DNA of 33,380 nt. It comes from Dehalococcoidia bacterium. Lineage in GTDB: Bacteria; Chloroflexota; Dehalococcoidia; Lucifugimonadales; DAOUBE01. A model generated the notes under the pieces. It was not told the origin of the DNA, did no database searches, and saw nothing but the letters and a program-made list of their open reading frames with translations. The stretch lies in NCBI GenBank assembly GCA_034432835.1, contig DAOUBE010000318.1, positions 1-33,380 of the forward strand, in the 5' to 3' direction. The position numbers were made by a program, and so were the translations under genes. Below, in pieces: positions 25,508 to 33,380 of the stretch (its first letter is position 1; the number at the start of each line of letters is the position of its first letter).

Positions 25508-26754
25508 ATGGATAAGAAGGGGTCAGACCAGAGGCAGGCCGTTCTCTTCATAAACACCAAAGAGTTCTTTGGGTCGGTGATGAACGTTCACTTCCAGATA
25601 ATGAAGCATCTGGATTCGCAGTGCTTCCGGGTCTTTGTAGCCAACAACCGCCGGGGCAACTGCGGCGTGAACTTTCGAAGGCTGGCCCATGTGGTCACCC
25701 TGGACTACGACCTGGGGGTGACCCCCCGGGGCAGTCGTAGCCTCTGGGCCCTGGCACTGCGGCTGGCCAGAAACCTGGGGGTTCCCCTCAGTGCCCTGTC
25801 TCTGCTCTACCTGGTTAGAAGAGAGGGTATCCAGATCATACACATCAGCTCCGACGCCAGGATGCTGGTGCTGGGGCTTCTTCTCACCTTCCTTGGCGGG
25901 GCGAAGTTGGTTGTCCACGTACACGGGGACCCCAACGCCTACGGTGTGATGCGAAAGAGCCTGGTCCACATGGTCCGTTTACTGAGGCAGTATGCAGTGA
26001 TAACCGTCTCTTCTTTCATACGGCAGAAGGTGCTGGAGATGGGCTTTCATCAGGGCCGGGTGTGGACCGTCTTGAACGTGGTGGACCTGAACCGGTTCCA
26101 CCCTGGCATAGACGGCCAGCAGGTGCGGCAGGAGTACGGGATCGAGCCGGAGGCACCTCTTATAGGCATCGTAGGGAGGATCAGCCCGGAGAAAGGGCAA
26201 CGGTACCTCCTGAAGGCCCTGCCCAGGGTGAGGCAGGCCTTCCCGAGGGTCAAGGCTCTTCTGGTAGGTTGGGACGACCCCGCTAGAAGGAGCGAAGGGA
26301 TGAGCTGCCGCCAGGAGCTGGAGGCGCTCTGCGCCCGGGAAGGTCTCCAAGAGAGCGTCATCTTTGCTCCGCCGCGGCCGGACGTGGAGAAGGTTTATGC
26401 GGCCTGTGACGTGATTGTAGTGCCATCCATAGGAGACCCTTGCCCATTGGTGGTCCTGGAGGCCATGGCTATGGGCAGGGCCATAGTAGCCTTCAAGAGC
26501 GGCGGAATCCCCGAGCTGGTGCACCACGAGAAGACCGGGCTGTTGGTCTCCCCCGGCTCTTCGTGGGAGCTGGCCCAGGCCCTTATCCGCCTTCTGGAGG
26601 ACCCTATGCGCTGGAGCGCCTGGGGCGTCAGGCCCGCCGCCGGGTACAGAAGCACTTCTACGAGGCCCGGCTGGCTAAGGACGTGGAGAAGGTCTATCAA
26701 AGCCTTCTTGGCCCGCCCACACCTGTCCTGGAAGTGGCCACGGATGGAGATTGA
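25508..26754 (+). CDS. GT4 family glycosyltransferase; the C-terminus is frameshifted as sequenced
   Basis: GRISPEKGQRYLLKAL, VVPSIGDPCPLVVLEAMAMGRAIVAFKSGGIPELVHHEKTGLLV (EX7E region). After LLEDP the frame becomes junk. The -1 frame reads YALERLGRQARRRVQKHFYEARLAKDVEKVYQSLLG, a typical GT4 C-terminus ending at 26754. Reading C3 (26602-26604) as C4 restores it. The uncorrected ORF runs to 26833. Confidence 0.8.
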
Positions 26755-26829
26755 AGTGGCCGCCTTAAGACAAGCTAGCCCTACACGGGCGCACGAGCCA
26801 AGGCAAGTTGATACTGAAGGAGGTGTTGC

Positions 26830-28248
26830 ATGAAGAGCATCTGCGTCGTGGGCACTGGGTACGTGGGACTGGTTACCGGTGCCTGCTTTGCCGAAATGGG
26901 CCACAGAGTCTCCTGCATTGACAACGATGAGGCCAAGATGGCCGCGCTGAAGGAAGGGGTGATACCAATATACGAGCCAGACCTGCCTTCCCTGGTGCAA
27001 AGGAACATGGAGGCCGGGCGTCTCTCTGTGACCTCTTCTTTCCACGAAGGACTGAAAGGGGCGGACTTCGTGTTTATAACCGTCGGCACCCCTGCCGTGG
27101 AAGGCAACAAGGTGGACCTCAGCTACCTGCACCTGGCCTACATGAGCATCGGTGCTGCTCTCAACGGCAACCACCCCATCATCGTCAACAAGAGCACCAT
27201 CCCACCCGGCACCAGCGACATGATGGAGTTCATTCTTTCCAGGACCTACAACGGTAAGGGCCCTCTGGCGGTGGTGGCTAATCCAGAGTTCCTCCGGGAG
27301 GGCCACGCCGTTCAGGACTTTATGCACCCCAGCCGCGTGGTAGTGGGGGCAAGGGACCCCGCCGCCGCCGAAGCGGTGGCCGACCTGTACCGGCCCCTGG
27401 ACTGTCCCATCGTCATTACAGACACACGGACCGCGGAGATGGTCAAGTACACCAGCAACGCCTTCCTTGCCATGAAGGTCTCTTTTATCAATGAGATAGC
27501 CAGCATCTGTGACAAGATCGGCGTGGACGTAACGGAGGTGGCCCGGGGCGTGGGCCTAGACCCCCGGATAGGGAAGGACTTCCTGGGGGCAGGCATCGGC
27601 TACGGGGGAAGCTGTCTCCCCAAGGATATTGGCGTGCTGTGTCAATTCGCCCAGGCCTACGGGCTGGAGCCACGTCTGCTCAACGCTGTCATCCAGGTGA
27701 ACCAGCAGCAGCCCCGCCGGCTGGTCCAAAGGCTCAAGCAGGCCCTGGGAAGGCTGGAGGGCACACGGGTGGGGGTCCTGGGCCTGGCCTTCAAGGCTGG
27801 CACCGACGATGTGCGCTTCTCGCCGGCCCTGGAGCTAATAAGGCTGCTCCAGGAGGAGGGGGCACGGGTGAGCGCCTCTGATCCCCAGGCTTGCCGCACC
27901 CCTCGTTCCTTGCCAGGAGGGGTCACCTACCTGGCTGACCCCTACCAGGTTGCCCTGGGGGCCGATGCCGTTGTCCTGGCCACCGACTGGCCCCAGTACA
28001 GGGCCCTGGACCTCCAACGCCTCAAGTCCTTAATGCGAGGCACCGTGCTGGTGGACGCGCGGAACGCCCTGGAGCCAGAGCAGGTGAGGAAAGCGGGCCT
28101 TCAGTACCTGGGCATGGGTAGGGGCAGTCGCTCCCAGGCCCTTGGGGAGACTGAAGAGGCCGGCCAGTGCTTTTGGACTAGGCGCTATGTCGAAGCGGAA
28201 ATAGACAAAAACGGGGTGCAATCAGATCGGATACCGGGGCTAGGCTAG
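26830..28248 (+). CDS. ugd: UDP-glucose 6-dehydrogenase family (Ugd-like), with a C-terminal extension of about 40 aa
   Basis: MKSICVVGTGYVGLVTGACFAEMGH, VIPIYEPDL, NPEFLREG, GGSCLPKD (catalytic Cys) and GLAFKAGTDDVR. The family usually ends near YLGMGRG; the tail beyond it has lower GC3. Confidence 0.88.
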   Translation: MKSICVVGTGYVGLVTGACFAEMGHRVSCIDNDEAKMAALKEGVIPIYEPDLPSLVQRNMEAGRLSVTSSFHEGLKGADFVFITVGTPAVEGNKVDLSYLHLAYMSIGAALNGNHPIIVNKSTIPPGTSDMMEFILSRTYNGKGPLAVVANPEFLREGHAVQDFMHPSRVVVGARDPAAAEAVADLYRPLDCPIVITDTRTAEMVKYTSNAFLAMKVSFINEIASICDKIGVDVTEVARGVGLDPRIGKDFLGAGIGYGGSCLPKDIGVLCQFAQAYGLEPRLLNAVIQVNQQQPRRLVQRLKQALGRLEGTRVGVLGLAFKAGTDDVRFSPALELIRLLQEEGARVSASDPQACRTPRSLPGGVTYLADPYQVALGADAVVLATDWPQYRALDLQRLKSLMRGTVLVDARNALEPEQVRKAGLQYLGMGRGSRSQALGETEEAGQCFWTRRYVEAEIDKNGVQSDRIPGLG

Positions 28249-28782
28249 ATGAGAAGCTTCGCCAGTGGCCTCGCACAGCGGTAGGGCTATGGAGTGGCGG
28301 TGGGTAGGTGGATGGGCTGCCCTTCTGGTTTTCTTATGACATCGACTATCTCCTTGAAGGATGGTTGCGCTGTCACACCTCACGCACCACCGCGGGTACC
28401 TCTGGGGTGATCTCGCCTTCCCACGTCGCCTCCCTGGCAGTCCACCCCAGCCTTTCTCTCTAATCCCTGAGCCACTCTGCCTCTGAGATCTTGGACATGC
28501 CTGGACTCGTGAGGCGTGCGGTGTTTGGCCAGCAGAATGCCAGGGGAGGCGTCCTTCACGGGCGGATGGGGTCTAATTCAGTCGCCTTGCCCTTGGCACA
28601 CCAATGGGGGATGGCCGGCCGTGGGCGGCGCCCGGGCCGGGTCTCGGGGAAGCCTTCCCTGCCCGTGGGTTGGTCCGAGAGGAACCCCTGGTAGAGCTGG
28701 GGCCGTGGGCTGGAAACTGGGGGTCTAGCCCCCTGTGGTCCCCCTGCCAAGGGGGACCTGGAAAGCATGTAACGCGGAAGGA

Positions 28783-29010
28783 ATTCGGCGGCTTGGGAAC
28801 TCTCACCCTTGCTTTTCCCAAGAGATGGGCAGGGCGAGCCCTTCTAGGGGTGCAGGGGACAGGGTCCCCTGCTAGGGGTTCCAGGGGCGAATCCCCAAGG
28901 GCTCGCCCTTGACCTACACATCCCTGAGGTGGTCACTAAGGTTATGTGACCAGGGATAGTGAACAGTGGGTGCAGGGTGCACCCTGCCAGGGCGTGCCCT
29001 GCCGGGTGGG
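28783..29010. repeat. Mosaic GC-rich palindromic intergenic repeat, copy B
   Basis: 28896-29005 matches 5831-5940, 28846-28878 matches 151-183, and 28783-28835 resembles 5606-5660. Confidence 0.7.
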
Positions 29011-29081
29011 TGGGACAGCCAAGGAACCATGTTGTTGCCCGAAAGCGGGACCAGGGCTCGCTCTGGCTCGCCCGCGGAATA

Positions 29082-29113
29082 TATCTCTACTGAAAGGTAT
29101 CTCTACTGAAAGG
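29082..29113 (+). repeat. Perfect 16-bp tandem direct repeat (tatctctactgaaagg x2) abutting the SD of the downstream gene
   Basis: 29082-29097 and 29098-29113 are identical. The second copy supplies the aaagg of the aaaggag SD, 5-6 nt before the ATG at 29121. Confidence 0.85.
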
Positions 29114-29120
29114 AGAGGGT

Positions 29121-30149
29121 ATGGTCAAAGTTGCTGTAGTCGGATGCGGCTACTGGGGTCCCAACCTGATAAGGAACTTCTACCGCCTCGACCAGTGTCG
29201 GCTCACCCTCTGCTGTGACCTGGACCCCGGCAGGCTGGCCTCCGTCCAGCGGCTCTACCCCACCGTCGCCACAACCACCAGCTACCAGGAGGTCCTAGAC
29301 AGTCCCGACGTGGACGCCGTGGCCCTGGCCACCCCCGTCCGCACCCATCACTCCCTGGGGAAGCAGGCCCTTCTCCACGGCAAGCACCTGCTGGTGGAGA
29401 AACCCCTGGCCCTCACCACCCGTGAGTGCGATGAGCTGGTGGAGCTGGCGGAGAAGCAGGGGTTGGTGCTCATGGTGGGCCACACCTTCCTCTACAACCC
29501 GGCCCTGGTGAAGATGAAGGAGTTGACCCGGCCCGATTACCTGGGCGAGACCTACTACATGTACTCCCAGCGGGTGAACCTGGGTCGCGTCCAGACGGAC
29601 ATCAACGCCCTGTGGAGCATTGCCCCTCATGATATCTCCATCGCCCTCTACCTTCTGGACCACCTGCCCCAATGGGTCTCCGCCCACGGCGCCTCCTACC
29701 TCACCCGGAAGATAGAGGACGTAGTGTTCCTCACCATGGGGTTCCCTGACGGGGTGGTGGCCCACTGTCACGTGAGCTGGGTTGACCCCAACAAGGTGCG
29801 CAGGGTCACCCTCATCGGCTCTCAACGCATGCTCGTCTTCGACGACCTGGCCGATGAGGCCAAGCTGAAGGTTTACGACAAGGGTGTGGTCAAGACCCCC
29901 AACGGCCAGCTATCGGGCGAGTTCTTCTTCAGGCTCCACTCTGGGGACATCTACGCTCCCCAGGTGTCCACGGTGGAGCCCCTGGCCAGGGAGTGCGCCC
30001 ATTTCATCCAGTGTATCCAGGAGGGGAAGAAACCCCTCACCGATGGGGAGAACGGCCGCCAGGTGGTGCGAATTCTGGAGGCGGCCCAGCAGTCCATGGA
30101 CAGCTCCGGTGCCGTGGTAAGGATATCTCCAGAGATGGCGCACATCTAA
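29121..30149 (+). CDS. Gfo/Idh/MocA family NAD-dependent sugar oxidoreductase (WlbA/WbpB-like)
   Basis: MVKVAVVGCGYWGPNLIRNF Rossmann N-terminus, LVEKPLALT, and gene context with an acetyltransferase and an aminotransferase. Confidence 0.8.
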   Translation: MVKVAVVGCGYWGPNLIRNFYRLDQCRLTLCCDLDPGRLASVQRLYPTVATTTSYQEVLDSPDVDAVALATPVRTHHSLGKQALLHGKHLLVEKPLALTTRECDELVELAEKQGLVLMVGHTFLYNPALVKMKELTRPDYLGETYYMYSQRVNLGRVQTDINALWSIAPHDISIALYLLDHLPQWVSAHGASYLTRKIEDVVFLTMGFPDGVVAHCHVSWVDPNKVRRVTLIGSQRMLVFDDLADEAKLKVYDKGVVKTPNGQLSGEFFFRLHSGDIYAPQVSTVEPLARECAHFIQCIQEGKKPLTDGENGRQVVRILEAAQQSMDSSGAVVRISPEMAHI

Positions 30150-30189
30150 GCATTTCCGAAGGACATTCAGGCCATTGGGTGGGAGAGAG

Positions 30190-30783
30190 ATGTTGAGCTG
30201 GCTTTCCAAACTCCGGCGAGGCGTACCCAAGGCAGATATAGTGAGCGAAGAGCTGGCCCGTGCCATCAAAGGGCAGCACACGGTAGTGTCCAGGGATGTC
30301 AGCATAGGGGAAGGAACGGTCATCTGGAACCTGGTCTATGTTGGCCCAGGCGTCACCATTGGAAGCAACGTCATGCTGGGCTCCCTGGTTCACGTAGCCG
30401 CCGGTGCCAGCATAGGTGACGGCACAATGGTGGAAGGAGCAGCCTACATCGGCAGGTTCTCCAAAATCGGGCGCAACTGCTTCATAGGGCCTAAGGTGGT
30501 CATCACGGGAGACCCTTATCCACCCGTTCGCAGGAACACCGGCGTCAGCGCTTGGACTGGCGTGACTATAGAGGACGAGGCCATCATCGGTGCGGGGGCG
30601 TGTATCCGGGCCGGTATCGTCATAGGCCGGCGTGCTGTCGTGGGCATGGGCTCCGTCGTCCTGTCCGACGTACCGCCCGGCACCGTGGTGGCCGGCGTAC
30701 CCGCTCGGCCTATTTACGACCGCGACGAGTATGACCGACGCCAGATGGAGCGCGCCGCCAGGTGGGAGAAGATAAGTCCTTGA
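30190..30783 (+). CDS. Left-handed beta-helix (hexapeptide repeat) sugar N-acetyltransferase (WlbB/WbpD-like)
   Basis: Hexapeptide repeats SIGEGTVIWNLVYVGPGVTIGSNVMLGSLVHVAAGASIGDGTMV and VVAGVPARPI. The ATG at 30190 is preceded by gggagagag. Confidence 0.8.
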   Translation: MLSWLSKLRRGVPKADIVSEELARAIKGQHTVVSRDVSIGEGTVIWNLVYVGPGVTIGSNVMLGSLVHVAAGASIGDGTMVEGAAYIGRFSKIGRNCFIGPKVVITGDPYPPVRRNTGVSAWTGVTIEDEAIIGAGACIRAGIVIGRRAVVGMGSVVLSDVPPGTVVAGVPARPIYDRDEYDRRQMERAARWEKISP

Positions 30784-30807
30784 GGGGTGAGTTGCGAGGA
30801 GGTGGAG

Positions 30808-31935
30808 ATGACAGTCCCTTTGGTTGACTTGAAGGCCCAGTACATATCCATAAAAGAAGCCATAGACGAGGCCATTAATCACGTTATCTCTAGGGCAAAC
30901 TTTATCCAGGGCGAGGAAGTGGCCCTGTTCGAAAGGGAGTTCGCCCGGTACTGCGGCGTGAAAGAGGCTGTGGCCGTCTCTTCTGGCACCGAGGCCCTGC
31001 GCCTGGCTTTGGTAGCCTGTGGCATCGGTCAGGGCGACGAGGTGGTCACTACCCCCTTCACCTTCATAGCCACTGCCGAGGCCATTTCCCAGGTGGGAGC
31101 CAGCCCGGTGTTTGTGGACATAGATCCCACCACCTGCAACCTTGACCCCAAGAAGGTGGAATGGGCCGTATCCAAGAAGACCAAGGCCATTGTCCCCGTC
31201 CACCTTTACGGCCGGCCGGCCGATATGGACGGGATATGCTCCGTCGCCAGGAAGTATAACCTCAAGGTCATAGAGGACGCGGCCCAGGCCCATGGCGCGC
31301 GGTACAAGGGTAAGCGGGTGGGCAACTTCGGCGAGGTGGCCTGCTTCAGCTTCTACCCTGGCAAGAACCTGGGCGCCTACGGCGACGCCGGTATGCTGGT
31401 CACCAACAATACGGCTATCGCCGAAAGGGTCCGGCTCCTGCGGGACCATGGCCGCAAGGAGAAGTACGAGCATCTCTACGTGGGCTTCAACAGCCGCATG
31501 GACACTATCCAGGCGGCGGTGCTACGGGTCAAGCTGCTGTACCTGGACCGGTGGAACGCCCGGCGGCGGGTGCTGGCTTCGGTGTACCGCGGACTCCTGC
31601 GAGACCTGGACCTCTTCGTGCCGCCCGAGGACACCCATTATGAGTCCGTGTACCACCTGTTTGTCGTCAGGACGCCTTTGCGGGCCCACCTCCGGCGAGT
31701 CCTCCGAGCAGCAGGGGTGGACACAGGCATACACTATCCCATACCACTGCATCTACAGCCCGCATACCGCCACTTGGGCTACCAGATCGGCGACTTCCCA
31801 GAGAGTGAGCGCGCCGCCCGGGAGGTGCTGTCCCTGCCCTTGTACCCCGAGCTCCCCGAAGACCAGGTGCACAGGATAGCTGGAATCATCGCCCGCGCCG
31901 GTGCCGCCTCTTCCGAGGCCGCCCTCAGGGACTGA
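30808..31935 (+). CDS. DegT/DnrJ/EryC1/StrS family PLP-dependent sugar aminotransferase (WlbC/WbpE-like)
   Basis: VPLVDLKAQY, FIQGEEVALFEREFARYCG, SSGTEALRLAL, SFYPGKNLGAYGDAG (PLP Lys) and HYPIPLHLQPAY. The ATG at 30808 has a gaggaggtggag SD. Confidence 0.9.
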   Translation: MTVPLVDLKAQYISIKEAIDEAINHVISRANFIQGEEVALFEREFARYCGVKEAVAVSSGTEALRLALVACGIGQGDEVVTTPFTFIATAEAISQVGASPVFVDIDPTTCNLDPKKVEWAVSKKTKAIVPVHLYGRPADMDGICSVARKYNLKVIEDAAQAHGARYKGKRVGNFGEVACFSFYPGKNLGAYGDAGMLVTNNTAIAERVRLLRDHGRKEKYEHLYVGFNSRMDTIQAAVLRVKLLYLDRWNARRRVLASVYRGLLRDLDLFVPPEDTHYESVYHLFVVRTPLRAHLRRVLRAAGVDTGIHYPIPLHLQPAYRHLGYQIGDFPESERAAREVLSLPLYPELPEDQVHRIAGIIARAGAASSEAALRD

Positions 31936-32119
31936 CCGACATCAGACCGTGGTGGTTGGGGGCCGCCTCGGCCTCGTGAAGGGTGAGGCTAAGGGAATGC
32001 AGGAGGACAGGTTTCCTTAGTGGTGTGCCTGGTACCTGATACCTTTGGGCCCAGGGGCCAGGCCACCATGGTGCCCCATCTCCCCTCTCCTACCAGTAGC
32101 TTGCCAGGGGAGGTTGGTA

Positions 32120-32163
32120 GCTGTCATCCTGAGCCCTTCTGGGAAGGGCGAAGGAGTTGGTGG
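32120..32163. repeat. gctgtcatcctgag...gggcgaag hairpin repeat, copy 2
   Basis: Matches 13483-13525. Perfect 7-bp stem gcccttc/gaagggc (32133-32149). Confidence 0.6.
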
Positions 32164-32246
32164 GGTGGGCCACCCCCCCCACCGGATTCAGCGGTCGCTG
32201 CCCTCCCTCAGAATCGTCCATGCCCCACTGGTGTGCGGCGCCACAA

Positions 32247-32375
32247 AGTATGAAAATGCCTTTGCGCCGATGGGCGAAAGAGTTCTTGTGTCATTGGTGC
32301 CGTGAGCCCGACTTAGAATCCAGCGCCTCGGTTATAAGGTAACCCTGGAGGTAGCAGAACCGGCATTTTCATAGT
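32247..32375. repeat. AT-rich ~129-bp element bounded by 14-bp inverted repeats (13/14 match)
   Basis: agtatgaaaatgcc (32247-32260) versus ggcattttcatagt (32362-32375); an 11-bp core pairs perfectly. Confidence 0.5.
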
Positions 32376-32496
32376 AATGACCCTTTATCCCCTGACCTCT
32401 GTAATCCCCCTTCTCCAGGGGTACGGAGGCATGGCAGCACCCAGCTCAAGCAACCAGTACCCAGAAGGGACCTTCCTGGCCTGGACTGGGATGTGA

Positions 32497-32505
32497 TGGT
32501 AGAAT
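32497..32505 (+). promoter_or_regulatory. Extended -10 promoter element TGgTAGAAT upstream of the MFS gene
   Basis: TG-n-TAGAAT about 128 nt upstream of the ATG at 32633. No convincing -35 element. Confidence 0.35.
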
Positions 32506-32551
32506 AGCCGCCTGAGCATCTATGGCCTTCTCGGAAAGGCCGTGAGAGGAT

Positions 32552-32631
32552 GCACGACTTCGGAGCGACCGATGAGACGATGCTAGGGTGAGCCGCGGTA
32601 CCTGTGCCCCCATTCTTCTCCGGAGTCGTGC
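32552..32631 (+). promoter_or_regulatory. Structured 5' leader: a 14-bp long-range stem sequesters the SD of the MFS gene
   Basis: gcacgacttcggag (32552-32565) pairs with ctccggagtcgtgc (32618-32631) as 13 Watson-Crick pairs plus 1 G-U. The 3' arm contains the only GGAG and ends 1 nt before the ATG. Confidence 0.45.
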
Positions 32632-32632
32632 T

Positions 32633-33380
32633 ATGTTTGCTAACTGGCAGCTACCCCAGTTCGTGCGCCGCCGTCCGGCCGGACTGGATGTCCTGCACTT
32701 GCGGGACTTCCGCTACTACCTGCTGGGCAACGCCACGGGCGACCTGAGCTTTCAGCTAAGCTCCATCGCCGCCAACTGGATTGTCCTCCAGCTTACTGAC
32801 TCACCCTTGTGGGTGGGCCTGGTAAGTGGCATACAGGTGGTCCCACAGCTATCCCTGGCCCTGCTGGGCGGTGCCCTGGCCGATCGTTTCGAACGCAGGT
32901 GGGTGCTGGCCCTGTCCCGGGGGGCCTTTACGGGCCTCTCCTTCGCCACCGCCTACCTGGTCAGCACAGGGCGTGTCAGTGCCTGGTACTTCCTGCTTCT
33001 GGCCCTTCTGGTGGGTATGGCCTCGTCCTTTGGCGGCCCTGCACGCCAGGCCCTAGTCTTCGACCTGGCCGGCAAGGCCAGAGTGTTCACCGCCAATGCC
33101 CTGAACGGGCTGATCTCCAACGTGGCGAGTATGGTCGGGCCAGCCCTGGCTGGGTACCTGATAGGCTCCTTCAGGACCAGCGGCGTTTTCCTACTGGCTG
33201 GGGCCATCTACATTCTGTCGGTGCTTTTTGTGGCCGTGATTCGCCCTGGCCCTCCCACCGTCTCACTGAAGCGCAACTCGGTGGCCCGGGATATATTGGC
33301 TAGTCTGGACTACACCAGGAGAACGCCATCCCTTCTGGCGCTGCTGCTGGTCGCCCTTACCTCGCTGCCGGGCGGGTTCG
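32633..33380 (+). CDS. MFS transporter (EntS/MFS_3-like), 5' portion; continues beyond the window
   Basis: Hand translation is open to the window end: MFANWQLPQFVRRRPAGLDVLHLRDFRYYLLGNATGDLSFQLSSIAANWIVLQLTDSPLWVGLVSGIQVVPQLSLALLGGALADRFERRWVL.... It shows multiple TMs and the MFS loop motif GGALADRFERR. It is absent from the ORF track because it has no stop in the window. Confidence 0.8.
   Translation, partial: MFANWQLPQFVRRRPAGLDVLHLRDFRYYLLGNATGDLSFQLSSIAANWIVLQLTDSPLWVGLVSGIQVVPQLSLALLGGALADRFERRWVLALSRGAFTGLSFATAYLVSTGRVSAWYFLLLALLVGMASSFGGPARQALVFDLAGKARVFTANALNGLISNVASMVGPALAGYLIGSFRTSGVFLLAGAIYILSVLFVAVIRPGPPTVSLKRNSVARDILASLDYTRRTPSLLALLLVALTSLPGGF

Noticed and set aside
28491-28912. 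Short plus- and minus-strand ORFs of 67-102 aa in the 870-bp gap
   Set aside because: They sit in repeat and hairpin DNA, have no SD, and give Trp/Gly/Pro/Arg-rich translations.
30037-31473. 478-aa minus-strand ORF
   Set aside because: Antisense shadow of the acetyltransferase and DegT aminotransferase genes, with no motifs.
32141-32180. Possible G-quadruplex (GGG-AA-GGG-N13-GGGG-T-GGG) next to a C8 run
   Set aside because: The middle loop is long, and the G-rich tract can instead pair with the adjacent C-run as a duplex hairpin. There is no independent support.
32285-32330. tRNA-like anticodon loop cttagaa
   Set aside because: Flanking bases form only 2 bp of stem, and no acceptor or T-arm can be drawn. 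It is not a tRNA.
1-33380. CRISPR arrays, transposases, integrases, prophage or defence-system genes
   Set aside because: The repeats present are irregularly spaced palindromic units, not a repeat-spacer array. No ORF shows transposase, integrase, nuclease-helicase or toxin-antitoxin hallmarks recognisable by eye.

Overview
GC-rich bacterial chromosomal window (roughly 60-65% GC by eye) with strong GGAGG-type ribosome-binding sites and frequent 1-8 nt start/stop overlaps. I saw no rRNA, tRNA, CRISPR array, transposase or integrase. The taxon cannot be fixed from the sequence. Pro/Thr-rich lipoprotein linkers and the intergenic repeat families loosely suggest a Chloroflexota-like genome (low confidence).

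The main content is a large cell-surface polysaccharide locus split into two blocks.
- Block 1 (466-5491): a Wzy/O-antigen-ligase-like membrane protein, an untracked 47-aa two-TM ORF, a BY-kinase-like ATPase and a PCP/Wzz protein on the minus strand, diverging from a UDP-GlcNAc 2-epimerase on the plus strand.
- Block 2 (13880-31935, all plus strand): WecG/TagA GT26, a synthase-type GT2 with a QxxRW motif, a polyprenyl-phosphate sugar phosphotransferase, a Wzx flippase, a GT2, a YvcK/CofD-like protein, a GH44-like lipoprotein, a CE4 deacetylase, a CelD-like GNAT, a GT4, Ugd, and a WlbA/WlbB/WlbC-like oxidoreductase, acetyltransferase and aminotransferase trio.
- Between the blocks (6010-13420): a GatC/AtzG-like small subunit with its amidase, an HpcH/HpaI aldolase, a DinB-family protein, an orphan family-5 substrate-binding lipoprotein, a regulator fusing a MerR-type HTH to two Lrp/AsnC-type RAM domains with a small coiled-coil ORF, and a divergent hypothetical gene.
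- At the 3' edge, a partial MFS transporter gene runs off the window and is absent from the ORF track.

Observations most worth a second look:
1. Three genes carry -1 frameshifts, each repairable by adding one base to a homopolymer. This pattern suggests sequencing artefact.
2. A synthase-type GT2 and polymer-modifying enzymes sit inside a Wzx/Wzy locus.
3. The BY-kinase homolog has no tyrosine cluster.
4. An ops-like GGCGGTAGCATG lies in the epimerase leader.
5. The MerR-RAM-RAM regulator has an AT-rich operator-like palindrome.
6. A mosaic family of palindromic intergenic repeats includes a ~110-nt core conserved in the same orientation upstream of two operons.
7. The MFS leader has a 14-bp stem that buries the Shine-Dalgarno sequence.

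All functional calls come from motif recognition by eye. No database search was run.
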